DNA of 64,000 nucleotides from Rickettsiales bacterium (GCA_965228885.1 OZ245841.1:21168-85167), one strand, 5' to 3'; positions 38,737 to 48,930 are shown, counted from the stretch's first letter. Notes: generated by a model from the sequence alone, not told the origin. Numbers and translations: made by a program.

Positions 38737-40928
38737 TCTACTATTTTCGTTAAATTAGCTGATCTACCTGGGAACACTAGATCTTGTTTTACAAACACTT
38801 TCAATGAAGTTCCTTGATCTATAGTGATAGTTGGTGGCATATCCATAGTTTTCTCAATAACATCTGTTCCTATCGAACTAATATTATCAACTGCATCATC
38901 ATATGCATCATCTAAAGCAGTACTATCATCGGTGTTAGTAGTACTTCCATCTGTATTGGTGGTGGTAGTTGAAGTAGTACTATCACTAGCTCCATTTCTA
39001 TCTGCATATTCAGCTACACCTATATTAATCAAGCTAACCATCATAGCTGTGGTGAAATTACGTAAAATATGATTATCAACATCACCTGCTGAACCAGACC
39101 TACCTATAGCATCAATACCAGGAGAATCCACTTCAATGTCTATACCATCAGGCCTAATAACCCTAGACCATACAATTTGTACTCTGGCTTGACCGAAAGT
39201 TATCTCAGAAGAATAACTTCCTATTAGTCTTGAACCTCTATTTATCAATATATTGGTACCAGATTCAGAATATACATCCCTAGATACAATAGCTCTAATT
39301 GCCCCTGGAAGATCGGTATTAATTGCTGTTTCTAGTACGGCATCAATAATTTTACCTTCGGCGATAACTCTCTGTAGATCCCCTATATGGGTTGCCACAG
39401 TTTGGTCAGTATTACGCTCCAATATAGTTAATGATTTACCATCTGAGTTCTTATTTCTACTACCTCCTCCTCCGGCTCCTCCAACCATCATTCCAGATGT
39501 CATTCTTGCTTTCTTTCTTGCAGCTTCAGCAGCAGCTCTAGCCTCTGCTTCTTTATCAATTGAAGCCACATTAACTCCACTCGCTTGCAGAGGTTTAATT
39601 CCACCACTCATTGGCGGCGGAGCCGTTGGTGGTGCAACAGCCACAGATGGAGCCGGCGGAGGCGCTGGCGGCTCAGACAAAGTGGGAAGTTCTAGCGTAG
39701 AAGGTACAGGAGGTGTAGGCAATTCCTTGGGAGCAGGTGGCGTTAAGTCACTCGGCATTTCAGGGAAATCAGGTATATCAGGCACCACGATTGTCTGACC
39801 TGCATCTTCCACAGGAGTTACTATTGGAAGATTTTTATTAATAGTAGACTTCCTTGCATCTAATTCTTCTTGAGACGGCTGTAAGATTTTATAAATTATA
39901 TATACAAAAACTAACACCAACCCAACAAGTATGGCAATACTACTTCCCTTGCTAATTGCAACTTTAGAAATACCTTGATCTACATCTGGCTTTACTTCTT
40001 GATTCTCTTGATTAGAAGCTTTAGGATTGTTTATAACATCTCCATCTAAACTTTCTTGAATATCTTCAATCCTAAAATCATCATCTAAACTTACTTTATC
40101 GCTATTATCTTCTTCTAAGTCATTATGCTCATTAGATGATACGTGATCTTCTTCAGTCCGTTCTTTTTGTACTTCTTCTGGAGAATTTTGTTCTTCTAAG
40201 CTTTTATTTTCTGAGTATTCTTTCAATAAATCTTGTTTTATTTGCTCATAATCTACTTCCCCCTCTTCAGATTCATCGCCATCTTCTTCTAATTCTTCAT
40301 CTTCCTCTTCAGATTCATCGCCATCTTCTTCTAATTCTTCATCCTCTTCTTCAGATTCATCGCCATCTTCTTCTAATTCTTCATCTTCCTCTTCAGATTC
40401 ACCACCATCCTCTTCTACTTCTTCATCTTCCTCTTCAGATTCACCACCATCCTCTTCTACTTCTTCATCTTCCTCTTCAGATTCATCACCATCTTCTTCT
40501 TCATCACCATCTTCTTCTAATTCTTCGTCCTCCTCTTCAGATTCATCACCATCCTCTTCTACCTCTTCATCTTCCTCTTCAGATTCATCACCATCTTCTT
40601 CTACTTCTTTATCTTCCTCTTCAGATTCATCACCATCTTCTTCTACTTCTTCATCTTCCTCTTCAGATTCGTCGCCATCTTCTTCTACTTCTTCATCCTC
40701 CTCTTCAATATCTTTGAACTCCTTTTCAGGTGAAGACTGTAAATTTTCTTGGCTTATTGACTCTTTAGATACGCCCTCTAAATCTTCTTTAGATTCAACA
40801 TAAACTTCTGCACCACTAGATTCATCTTCTTCCCCCAAGATATTTTTCTCTTTTGTATTTTCAGAAGGTTTATTATCTTCAATATTATGATTAGCCTCTT
40901 GATTTTCAGTCTTTTCTTTTTCGGACAT
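38733..40928 (-). CDS. virB10: Type IV secretion protein VirB10 with a long acidic N-terminal extension
   Basis: TM, Pro-rich linker, and TrbI core GKIIDAVLETAINTDLPG...GSRLIG...RVQIVWSR...ITIDQGTSLKVFV. Confidence 0.95.
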   Translation of the reverse strand: MSEKEKTENQEANHNIEDNKPSENTKEKNILGEEDESSGAEVYVESKEDLEGVSKESISQENLQSSPEKEFKDIEEEDEEVEEDGDESEEEDEEVEEDGDESEEEDKEVEEDGDESEEEDEEVEEDGDESEEEDEELEEDGDEEEDGDESEEEDEEVEEDGGESEEEDEEVEEDGGESEEEDEELEEDGDESEEEDEELEEDGDESEEEDEELEEDGDESEEGEVDYEQIKQDLLKEYSENKSLEEQNSPEEVQKERTEEDHVSSNEHNDLEEDNSDKVSLDDDFRIEDIQESLDGDVINNPKASNQENQEVKPDVDQGISKVAISKGSSIAILVGLVLVFVYIIYKILQPSQEELDARKSTINKNLPIVTPVEDAGQTIVVPDIPDFPEMPSDLTPPAPKELPTPPVPSTLELPTLSEPPAPPPAPSVAVAPPTAPPPMSGGIKPLQASGVNVASIDKEAEARAAAEAARKKARMTSGMMVGGAGGGGSRNKNSDGKSLTILERNTDQTVATHIGDLQRVIAEGKIIDAVLETAINTDLPGAIRAIVSRDVYSESGTNILINRGSRLIGSYSSEITFGQARVQIVWSRVIRPDGIDIEVDSPGIDAIGRSGSAGDVDNHILRNFTTAMMVSLINIGVAEYADRNGASDSTTSTTTTNTDGSTTNTDDSTALDDAYDDAVDNISSIGTDVIEKTMDMPPTITIDQGTSLKVFVKQDLVFPGRSANLTKIVE
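40269..40706 (-). repeat. Tandem 42-bp (14-aa) acidic repeat, about 10 copies plus one partial copy, inside virB10
   Basis: EEEDEE(V/L)EEDG(D/G)ES repeated from aa 75 to about aa 220. Confidence 0.95.
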
Positions 40929-40969
40929 AACTACTCATTACCTTACTTTTTTTAAATTCATTTTTTCAC

Positions 40970-41395
40970 CTAATTTGCCACCTCTGCACCAGTGGTCTCA
41001 GGATAATAAAAACGCATTACATAAACTAACTCTTTATCAAATTTGCCATCTATCTTTTTTGAAAAAAGATCAAATTGATATGCTCTTTTATTAGTAATAA
41101 TGGTCATATTAGTATGCATATTATCCTCCAATGGCTTCACAAACAAACGATGTCCAACTGCATTAATCTTCCAAGCATATGAATCTCCCATAGAAATAGT
41201 AGAAACTTCTTCTCCTTTAGCAAATTCTATACTTGTTTGATAACCATAGAAAATCATTAAATTATATACTTCATTTTCGTTATAAATATAGGTCTTCACA
41301 CGATTATCTGTTGTAATAGGTTCATCCGCAATAGATACTCCAGCAACAGAAAGAAGTAAAACTATAAAAAACTTTCTAAACTTATTAAATTTCAT
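40970..41395 (-). CDS. virB9: VirB9 family protein, short form (N-terminal domain only; rvhB9-II-like)
   Basis: Signal peptide, DNRVKTYIYNENEVY, GDSYAW, LFVKP, TNMTIITNKRAYQF; ends at VMRFYYP after 141 aa. Confidence 0.9.
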   Translation of the reverse strand: MKFNKFRKFFIVLLLSVAGVSIADEPITTDNRVKTYIYNENEVYNLMIFYGYQTSIEFAKGEEVSTISMGDSYAWKINAVGHRLFVKPLEDNMHTNMTIITNKRAYQFDLFSKKIDGKFDKELVYVMRFYYPETTGAEVAN

Positions 41396-41414
41396 TTTAT
41401 TATTCCTAAATAAC

Positions 41415-42182
41415 CTATTTTACCACATCAATACTAGTGTTTTCTATATCATCACGATAAGATGTAATAAAGAAACCAAGTGGATTTTCCATTCGATCAT
41501 TATCGCTCATTTTAGTTTGTTGATATTTATATGTTAAAGTTACAATTTTATATATTCTATTATCCACTGCATTTCTAAGGTGCCCCTTGTCTGCTATAAT
41601 GGTAAACCTAACAACTGCCCTAGAGTCTCCCATTCTTCCTCTAGAATCAGCTACTGGAGGAAAGAACTGAATTGACCTAAAAACAACTTCTGTAGAAGTT
41701 TGATTACCATAAAGCGCAATGGGACTCTGAGCACTACCATTAAAAAATCGACTAAATGCTCTATATACCCCAGGAGTAGATAACAAACGCACCACTGTTA
41801 AATAATTATACCTCCAACTTTCAGAGCTATATCCTTCTCTTGCTTTGATATATCTGGTAATAAAATATTTATTTAATACTTCATCGCTCGTTAATTCACG
41901 ATTCACAAGAGGATTTACAATATTAGTAATACCTGTCTTTTTCTCAATTTCTATTACAAATGGTTGAATTTTAAATGTTGAAGACACATTACCAACAACA
42001 AAAACGCTTGCTATCACCAAGACCAGAGATAGCAACAAAACTATTAGTATTAAATTGCGCTGAACAACAATGGAGTTATATCTATCAGAATACCAATTAT
42101 TAATACTACTAACTACATTCTCACTATTGGCTTCTGGAGCTTCACCCTTCTGCCCTGAAAATAAATTATTAACTTTAAACAT
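41415..42182 (-). CDS. virB8: Type IV secretion protein VirB8
   Basis: Single TM, PFVIEIEKKTG, KYFITRYIKAREGY, NPLGFFITSYR. Confidence 0.93.
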   Translation of the reverse strand: MFKVNNLFSGQKGEAPEANSENVVSSINNWYSDRYNSIVVQRNLILIVLLLSLVLVIASVFVVGNVSSTFKIQPFVIEIEKKTGITNIVNPLVNRELTSDEVLNKYFITRYIKAREGYSSESWRYNYLTVVRLLSTPGVYRAFSRFFNGSAQSPIALYGNQTSTEVVFRSIQFFPPVADSRGRMGDSRAVVRFTIIADKGHLRNAVDNRIYKIVTLTYKYQQTKMSDNDRMENPLGFFITSYRDDIENTSIDVVK

Positions 42183-42237
42183 TCAAAAAATAACTACTCC
42201 ATATAAATAACAACTTACCATTATCAACCCACAACCA

Positions 42238-42253
42238 TTAAAAAATCATTAAC
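42238..42253. promoter_or_regulatory. CtrA consensus box TTAA-N7-TTAAC upstream of virB8
   Basis: TTAAaaaatcaTTAAC, 55 nt from the virB8 start codon. Confidence 0.4.
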
Positions 42254-42414
42254 AACTGAAAAATTCTTGCAACTTACTGAAAAATAACTTTATAGAGTTA
42301 ATAGAAACTGTGATAAGATTACAAAAAATACAGCCCCTAACATACTATATTTTGATATCCCTTCCTAACGAGAGATGATAATCAATAAAATTTTAAAGCT
42401 ATATTTACAATATG

Positions 42415-44001
42415 CTACTGCGATAAAGCCTCATTCAATAGATTAATTCTATTAACATTATTGTCCTCTTTAATTTTTACATTACTAGAGTTAGTAGTTT
42501 TAGTGGTAGTTGTATTATAGTTGGCCTTTACACTACTTTTAGCAGGCTCCGCAGCTTTAACAACTTCATTTGTTACTTTAGAAGGAGCAGATCTCTGAAC
42601 AGCCACTACTGCTTTATGAGAGCTCTTCTTAGAACCCTGATCAACTCTTATATAATCTCCATTCTTATCTGTAGCTATCTTAGTTTTATTTTGTTTCTCT
42701 TTATATTTAGGAACTGGAACCACATCTTTTTCCTTCTCTGAAGAATCTTGATTCTGATTCTTTTTTGCTTTTCTTTCCTTTTCTTGCTGCTTTTTAAGTA
42801 CAGCAGCTTTACGAAGAGCAGACTCCCTAGCTTCCTCTTTAACATCAGGATTAGCAGCCATAAATTTATTTAATGCTGTCATATCATTTGAATCTACTGC
42901 ATTTTTTGCTAATTCATCTAATTGAGCGTGCTGAGATTTATCCTTCTCATTCTTCTTCTTAGCAGCATCTGCTTCCGCTTCCTGCTTTCTAAGTGTAGCA
43001 GCTTTATATAAAGCAGAATTTACATCCGCTTCAGTGATTCCAGGATTAGCATCCCTAAAATCAGCCAAATCCTTCTTCGCCTGAGAACTGCCATTAGAAT
43101 CCTCCATCTCCTTTGCTAATTTATCTAATTGAACACGCTTATCCTTAGCTAATTCTTTAGTTTCTTTATTCTGCGCTACAGCAGCTTTGTATTCTTTTTG
43201 AGCAGATTTAACCTTCTCCTCACTGGCCCCTTTTCTACCCATATCTAATTCTAATTGAGCAATATATAATTTACCAAGAGCAGAATGTTCACTCTGTACT
43301 CTCTCATATTCTTGCTTGGCTAAAAGTTTATTAGGATCACTCTCAGATAAACCATTATAATACAACATAGCTGCATCTTTTGCTTTCTGAGATTTAAGCA
43401 ATTGCCTTCTAGTGTTATTAGCATCACTTTCTTTGGGACTAGTTCCAGATGCTAATGCTAATGTTTTATAGTGATTTAATTTTTTATTATCATCTTCCGT
43501 ACGATTTTTCTTTCTATCTAAGTAATCTATCTTTGGAAGGTTTTTTGCTATTTCTTTTTGATGAACTTCATGGTGATCTTTATAAGCAGCTTTATGCTCA
43601 GCATGAGCATTATTCAATGCATCACTCGACTCATAAGGATTTGCTTTTTTATTAGCTAATGCTACTCTTAATTTTTCTTGAGTTTCATAGGCTTTAACCA
43701 TTTTTTTAAATACATCACTCGAATCTCCTGAGAGATATTTCGCAGATTCGATATGCTCTTTAGTAATTTCCTTATAATAAGGACTATCCACCCCTTCTTG
43801 AATCTCCTCAACTGCATCCTCATTCATAAAAGCTTCTAGATCTTCCATGTCATCATCAACTAAGTTCTCCCCAGAGGAAGCTACCAAATTATCAGCCTGA
43901 TCTGAAGCATAAGCAGGTTTATCAAAACCGAATAAAAACACAGTTGTTATACTAAAAACTGCTACTATCTTTGCTAAAGCTTTTTTATATTGATTTTCCA
44001 T
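42415..44001 (-). CDS. Secreted Ala/Lys-rich helical hypothetical protein (528 aa)
   Basis: Sec signal ending PAYA; coiled-coil-like composition; internal duplication; 28 nt downstream of the TpsB gene. Confidence 0.8.
   Translation of the reverse strand: MENQYKKALAKIVAVFSITTVFLFGFDKPAYASDQADNLVASSGENLVDDDMEDLEAFMNEDAVEEIQEGVDSPYYKEITKEHIESAKYLSGDSSDVFKKMVKAYETQEKLRVALANKKANPYESSDALNNAHAEHKAAYKDHHEVHQKEIAKNLPKIDYLDRKKNRTEDDNKKLNHYKTLALASGTSPKESDANNTRRQLLKSQKAKDAAMLYYNGLSESDPNKLLAKQEYERVQSEHSALGKLYIAQLELDMGRKGASEEKVKSAQKEYKAAVAQNKETKELAKDKRVQLDKLAKEMEDSNGSSQAKKDLADFRDANPGITEADVNSALYKAATLRKQEAEADAAKKKNEKDKSQHAQLDELAKNAVDSNDMTALNKFMAANPDVKEEARESALRKAAVLKKQQEKERKAKKNQNQDSSEKEKDVVPVPKYKEKQNKTKIATDKNGDYIRVDQGSKKSSHKAVVAVQRSAPSKVTNEVVKAAEPAKSSVKANYNTTTTKTTNSSNVKIKEDNNVNRINLLNEALSQ
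42775..43145 (-). repeat. Two-copy ~60-aa intragenic repeat
   Basis: VQLDKLAKEMEDSN...DFRDANPG...SALYKAATLRKQE versus AQLDELAKNAVDSN...KFMAANPD...SALRKAAVLKKQQ. Confidence 0.75.
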
Positions 44002-44029
44002 CTTACACCTCTTTATTGTAAGTCCTTAT

Positions 44030-45715
44030 CTAAAACTTAAATGCCTTATTAATATACACGCCAAACTTCGTCTTAACGTCATGTTGCTCTCCATCAACTT
44101 TATAGCTCTTATTTACAGGAACCGCTGCTTCTGCGCCACAATCAATATCATAAAGCAGTTTTAGTCTTAGCCCAGCACCTGTTGATGAAAGATGGGTAAT
44201 ATCAGTATCACCATATTGCTTACCAACATACCCCATATCTCGGAATATATATGGCTGAACTTCATCAACAAACATCCTGCCATCCATCTGATGAGTATAC
44301 CTCACTTCTAAGGATGCTGCTAACATTCTATTACCATCAATTGTTCCAAAGCTATAACCTCTGCCAAAATCTCTACCACCTAGTGTAAATTTCTCTTGGC
44401 TTGGTAATTTATGCCCTGAGTAATTCGCGCTAACATGAGAAAAAATACTAAAGTTATTTGCTATTTCTTGATCTCTATAGATATTAAATTTTATAATATT
44501 GAAATGCTCATCTGGAGAATCAATTACATCTAAAACACCACCATCATTATAGTTTTTAAACCTACCATCAATTCCCTGAACCACACTTAAATGCATCATA
44601 TTGCGACCATCTGCTCCATCCTTAAATAAGAATTTAAGTCCTGCATCACCTGAGATATAATTTGATTTTCTATCCGTTCTTGAAACATTAGTAATGCTAT
44701 CCACCACATGACTAGTGGCATTTCTATAGTTAACAGCTATTTCTCCTTGAAGATCCTGGTGAGCTGCCAAATACAGATGATGTGTAAGAGAAGCCCTAAC
44801 ATTATTCCCCGTACCACTATCGGCATTCACTATATCATCTTTTGTTGAATTATTTTCAAAATGCGAAGCAAAGAAATGAGCATCTGTACCATAAGTATTA
44901 ATAGTTCTGCTATAACCAAAACCTACATCATTTAATCTATCTGGATGATTAGTTGTAGAACCATGTACTAGAAATGAATCTGGAGCTCCAAACGGAGAAT
45001 AGATCTGTCCAACAGCCGCCATCTGCATTTTTCCTAAATCATTCACCCCATAATTATCCACTCCAACAAAAGCTTCACCTTTTGTTTTTACAGCAGCAAT
45101 AACTAATTCAGTTTCACCCGGAGAATCTATTTTTTCTTCTAATTTATACTCAATATCATAACCAGGGATCTTATTCATTAACGCTAAATATCTCTGCACA
45201 TATTTTACTTTAGCTGGCTTAGCAGATAAAATTTTATCTGCATATTCATTCATTAGTTTATTATTTTTTCCTTCACCCAAAATAACAACACTATCAATAC
45301 CAGCAACTCCAATACTAACTTTTAGCCTTCCTTTGTTTTCACTTATATTTACTTGTGGCACTAAATAATCTTGCTGTATAAGACTCTTAATTAATTTAAT
45401 TTTTAACTCGGATATCATTTCATGAGTCATGTACTTGCCAACATACTCAGCACATATATCCTTAATACTTTTTTGCTGCTCTATTCCGTCAAAATTAATT
45501 GTTATTTCATGAACTACAAAAGCTTTAAAGCTTGCAGTATACACTGAGCTATCGCGAGAACTCTTCCCAGCCTTACCGCGCACAATACCTACTGATTTAT
45601 TTTTTATAATTGAACTTTGATCATATATATTATTATTAGCTATCTGATTCTTTTGAGCTAAAGCAGTCGACGATAGAAGACTAATTAATAACGCATATTT
45701 TATAGTTAATCTCAT
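44030..45715 (-). CDS. ShlB/FhaC/HecB (TpsB, Omp85 superfamily) outer-membrane transporter
   Basis: Signal peptide (ATG at 45715 preferred), POTRA-like region, barrel entry VGVDNYG, loop-6 motif LGGRDFGRGY..G..SLEVRY, terminal Phe. Confidence 0.85.
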   Translation of the reverse strand: MRLTIKYALLISLLSSTALAQKNQIANNNIYDQSSIIKNKSVGIVRGKAGKSSRDSSVYTASFKAFVVHEITINFDGIEQQKSIKDICAEYVGKYMTHEMISELKIKLIKSLIQQDYLVPQVNISENKGRLKVSIGVAGIDSVVILGEGKNNKLMNEYADKILSAKPAKVKYVQRYLALMNKIPGYDIEYKLEEKIDSPGETELVIAAVKTKGEAFVGVDNYGVNDLGKMQMAAVGQIYSPFGAPDSFLVHGSTTNHPDRLNDVGFGYSRTINTYGTDAHFFASHFENNSTKDDIVNADSGTGNNVRASLTHHLYLAAHQDLQGEIAVNYRNATSHVVDSITNVSRTDRKSNYISGDAGLKFLFKDGADGRNMMHLSVVQGIDGRFKNYNDGGVLDVIDSPDEHFNIIKFNIYRDQEIANNFSIFSHVSANYSGHKLPSQEKFTLGGRDFGRGYSFGTIDGNRMLAASLEVRYTHQMDGRMFVDEVQPYIFRDMGYVGKQYGDTDITHLSSTGAGLRLKLLYDIDCGAEAAVPVNKSYKVDGEQHDVKTKFGVYINKAFKF

Positions 45716-45868
45716 AATTTTCCCGTTGTTTTGAAATAACCTGCAAACCCAATAATACACACATCCCCACTCCTGTTCAACTTATAATTGAGGAGGTGCG
45801 CGCTAAAAACATATAATGTGAGACTTTTTTACATCTATGTTTTAAAAATAATAACTATATAAATTAGA

Positions 45869-47356
45869 TTAGCTTTTAGTTAACTTATAAAACTCTTTGT
45901 TTAGAGATATTACAGCAAGTGTCCACATAACCATAGTGACTACAAAAACTATAAATATCTCATAAGTAAGATCAGACAAATTTGGACTAATAAACTGAAA
46001 CATTATCTGCTGCAAAATAGCACCAAAAGCTTTACCAAATCTGCCACCTATAACATCCACAGCTGCTTTACCTTTTATTCTAAGCTCTCTATCTAAAGGA
46101 ATGAAAGCCATCTCTTTAGTTGCATCAACAAAAGCATAGTTGAAAGATTTAAACAACATCACTTGCAAAGCTCCAACCATAACCGCCATTGAAAGCAAAC
46201 TTATTTCAAATTGAGAAAACCACTCACCAAATAAATCTCTAAATATAATTAAGTTAAAGAAAATTACCCCTGTACAACCAGCACCTAAAGGTGTAAACAA
46301 TGCTGCCACTATCCATTTAAATTTTCTAAGAATATAAGCCCCAAACAACATAGTGACTATTGTTGTAAAGCCAAATATTATATGGAACTTACCCATAAAT
46401 GCACTATAATTACTATTAGAAATATATTGAAGGCGCAGCTGATCTTTCCAAACGCTTTCTATCATATTCACTCCAACCCCATAGCAAAATACTATCACCA
46501 TAATTAACCAAAGATACCTTGAAGAAAATACATACTTAAAGCTTTCTACTACCGATAATTTAATTTTTTCTTTCTCTGTATTATGCTTTCTATCACAAAG
46601 AGAAGGGTTAAATAAAACATTCTTATACATCCATCTATAAATAGATATCAGTCCTAAGCATGCCACAAATACACTTATCATCATCCATTTGATGGTTACA
46701 TTCCAAGCTTCATAATCAGATGGGTCTTCAAAACAAACAGAAACATTACTCTGCACAACTCCAGCTATCACCAAGCCCAATTGACCAACTAAACCAAATA
46801 AGGCGTAAGTTTTTTTTGCTTCTTTTATATTATACAAATCATTAGCCAACTGCCAAAATAAAAGAGTCAACATCACTGTGCCACATAACTCAGACATCAT
46901 ATAAAACACGCTAACTGTCCAATTCTGAACCATCAATATTTGATATTTGAATTGAGGGTATTTAGATATCCAATTAGATAAATCTAAATGAAAAAAACTA
47001 GTATTAGGCCCTAAAACAAAAGCATAAAACAAAAAGAAACTTGCAAAAAACATTGCAATTACATAATACAATTTATCTCTAGATAACAGATTGGCTAGCT
47101 TTGAGAAACAGACAAAAAATATTACAGTGGAAGGAAAAACTATATAAAATTTTACATAGCTAATTAGCTCTGCCCCAAGAGTTGGTACTAAAATTGAATC
47201 TTTGACCCCTCTAAGCAAACTATATATATAAGCAGATAGCAAGAATATTAATGTGGTTGGAATATATTTATGCAATATATAGGTTCTATTTTCAACTAAT
47301 AGCTTAGCTACATCAATGAATTTTTTTTTTAAATCACTAGTTCTTAAAAATTGCAT
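45869..47356 (-). CDS. tlc: ATP/ADP translocase family (Tlc/NTT) nucleotide transporter, paralog 2
   Basis: LGAELISYVKFY, FWQLAND, DATKEMAFIPLDRELRIKGKAAVDVIGGRFGKAFG. Confidence 0.93.
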   Translation of the reverse strand: MQFLRTSDLKKKFIDVAKLLVENRTYILHKYIPTTLIFLLSAYIYSLLRGVKDSILVPTLGAELISYVKFYIVFPSTVIFFVCFSKLANLLSRDKLYYVIAMFFASFFLFYAFVLGPNTSFFHLDLSNWISKYPQFKYQILMVQNWTVSVFYMMSELCGTVMLTLLFWQLANDLYNIKEAKKTYALFGLVGQLGLVIAGVVQSNVSVCFEDPSDYEAWNVTIKWMMISVFVACLGLISIYRWMYKNVLFNPSLCDRKHNTEKEKIKLSVVESFKYVFSSRYLWLIMVIVFCYGVGVNMIESVWKDQLRLQYISNSNYSAFMGKFHIIFGFTTIVTMLFGAYILRKFKWIVAALFTPLGAGCTGVIFFNLIIFRDLFGEWFSQFEISLLSMAVMVGALQVMLFKSFNYAFVDATKEMAFIPLDRELRIKGKAAVDVIGGRFGKAFGAILQQIMFQFISPNLSDLTYEIFIVFVVTMVMWTLAVISLNKEFYKLTKS

Positions 47357-47485
47357 TTTATTTTATCAGTCTATAGTTTAAGTATATCTTCAAACCCGAT
47401 TGACTCTACTTCAAAACATCAAGACATACAACCTTATAATAACAATTCAATATTATTTATTTAGAATAGTATATATATAGTGATA

Positions 47486-48376
47486 TCATTGCTGTTGATT
47501 CACAGAAGAAGATCCTTTATATATCAACACTTTCTTTATTCTACGAGGATCACTATCTAATATTTTAAACACCACACCTGCTGAAGGATGAGCAATACTA
47601 TCACCCTTATTAGGAATTGTTCCAGAAATGGATAAAATAAGCCCTCCTAAAGTATAATATTCTTCATTTTCTTCTCCCAACTTCAAACCTAATTTTTCTT
47701 CTAAGTCCTCAACTTCAATTCTTCCACTAACCTCAAAATTTTCTTCATCAATAACTTTAAATTCTAACCCTTCATCTCCCTGATCATGTTCATCTTCAAT
47801 CTCACCAACAATTTCTTCTACTAAATCCTCAATGGTGATTAATCCATCAATTCCTCCCATCTCATCTACCACCAATGCAATGTGAGTTCTGGTTTGGCGC
47901 ATTTCTTCAAGAAGGTCATAAATCTTCATTGAAGGAGCAATTATAAGTAGTTTACGCAATACCGCATCTATCTTAAAAACTGGATTATCTTTTGGAATCA
48001 ATAAATAGGGTAAAATATCTTTTATATTGATAAAACCGATAATATTATCCAATTCCTCTTTATAAACTGGCATTCTTGTATGCCTGCATTCTAAAAAGAC
48101 TCTACTAATATCATCCAATGAACTTTTATAGTCAATTGCCGCTATATCTGCGCGAGGAATCATAATATCTTCAGCTTTAAGAAGCTGAAATTTAAACCAG
48201 CTATTATCAACTTCAGAACTTGCATCTAAGGAATTATTATGAGTATGGTTATGGTTATGCTCAGACTTAAATTTAAAAAAAGAAAACAACCTAGCTATCA
48301 TAGTTGATAGTTTATGCGATTTATATCTCTCTCGACCACCTTCCGGCATATATATTACCTTTTTACTAATATTCAT
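47486..48376 (-). CDS. corC: HlyC/CorC family CBS-domain protein
   Basis: DIMIPRADI, HTRMPVY, HIALVVDEMGGIDGLITIEDLVEEIVGEIEDEHD. Confidence 0.9.
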   Translation of the reverse strand: MNISKKVIYMPEGGRERYKSHKLSTMIARLFSFFKFKSEHNHNHTHNNSLDASSEVDNSWFKFQLLKAEDIMIPRADIAAIDYKSSLDDISRVFLECRHTRMPVYKEELDNIIGFINIKDILPYLLIPKDNPVFKIDAVLRKLLIIAPSMKIYDLLEEMRQTRTHIALVVDEMGGIDGLITIEDLVEEIVGEIEDEHDQGDEGLEFKVIDEENFEVSGRIEVEDLEEKLGLKLGEENEEYYTLGGLILSISGTIPNKGDSIAHPSAGVVFKILDSDPRRIKKVLIYKGSSSVNQQQ

Positions 48377-48896
48377 ATGGGGATTTTATACCAAGACTTG
48401 ATAGAATTTCCACCTCAAGACTCTCCATTTGGAAAGCATCTTGATCTTCTTCATGATCATATCCCAATAAATGCAATAATCCATGAACAAGCAAATGAGC
48501 AAAATGATTCTGGAATGTATTACCGTCCCGTCTTATTTCATCTTCCATCACCCCATATGCAAATATTATATCACCTATAGAAAGAAATCCATCTTGTATT
48601 TTTAAATCACCCAATTTATCTATTATAATATCTTGAGCAGGAAAAGACAAAACATTCGTAGACTTGTCTTTACCAATATATTGGAAATTAATCTTTTGTA
48701 TTGTATCGTTATTGGTAAGAACAATAGAAAACTCAATATGGGTTATATATTTATATATATCAAGCTTAGAAAACACAGCCTTAGATACTTTAAGAGCTAA
48801 CTCAGACAAGTTGCCCCAAACATCATCCTGAACCTCAAAATCTATATCAATTCTAAGATTGCTATCTATATCAGTAGTAGTATAATATTTACTCAT
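48366..48896 (-). CDS. ybeY: rRNA maturation endoribonuclease YbeY
   Basis: KSTNVLSFP, GDI, HLLVHGLLHLLGYDH. Confidence 0.96.
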   Translation of the reverse strand: MSKYYTTTDIDSNLRIDIDFEVQDDVWGNLSELALKVSKAVFSKLDIYKYITHIEFSIVLTNNDTIQKINFQYIGKDKSTNVLSFPAQDIIIDKLGDLKIQDGFLSIGDIIFAYGVMEDEIRRDGNTFQNHFAHLLVHGLLHLLGYDHEEDQDAFQMESLEVEILSSLGIKSPYEY

Positions 48897-48930
48897 TTGA
48901 TGATTATATCATATAAAATAAAGTCTGCAC

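Noticed and set aside
39253-39798. Gly-rich 181-aa plus-strand ORF
   Set aside because: It is antisense to the Pro-rich linker and core of virB10.
40269-40706. Periodic 42-bp array as a possible CRISPR
   Set aside because: There are no unique spacers, the array is in frame within a CDS, and no cas genes are present.
40136-40717. Plus-strand ORF with LHLPLQIHHH repeats
   Set aside because: It is the antisense reading of the acidic virB10 repeat.
40970-41395. Short virB9 as a possible pseudogene or novelty
   Set aside because: An N-terminal-only VirB9 paralog in front of virB10 is established for the Rickettsiales rvh system (rvhB9-II), and the ORF ends cleanly.
42183-42414. Search for a small virB7 lipoprotein upstream of virB8
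   Set aside because: Only a 17-codon frame without a lipobox Cys was found.
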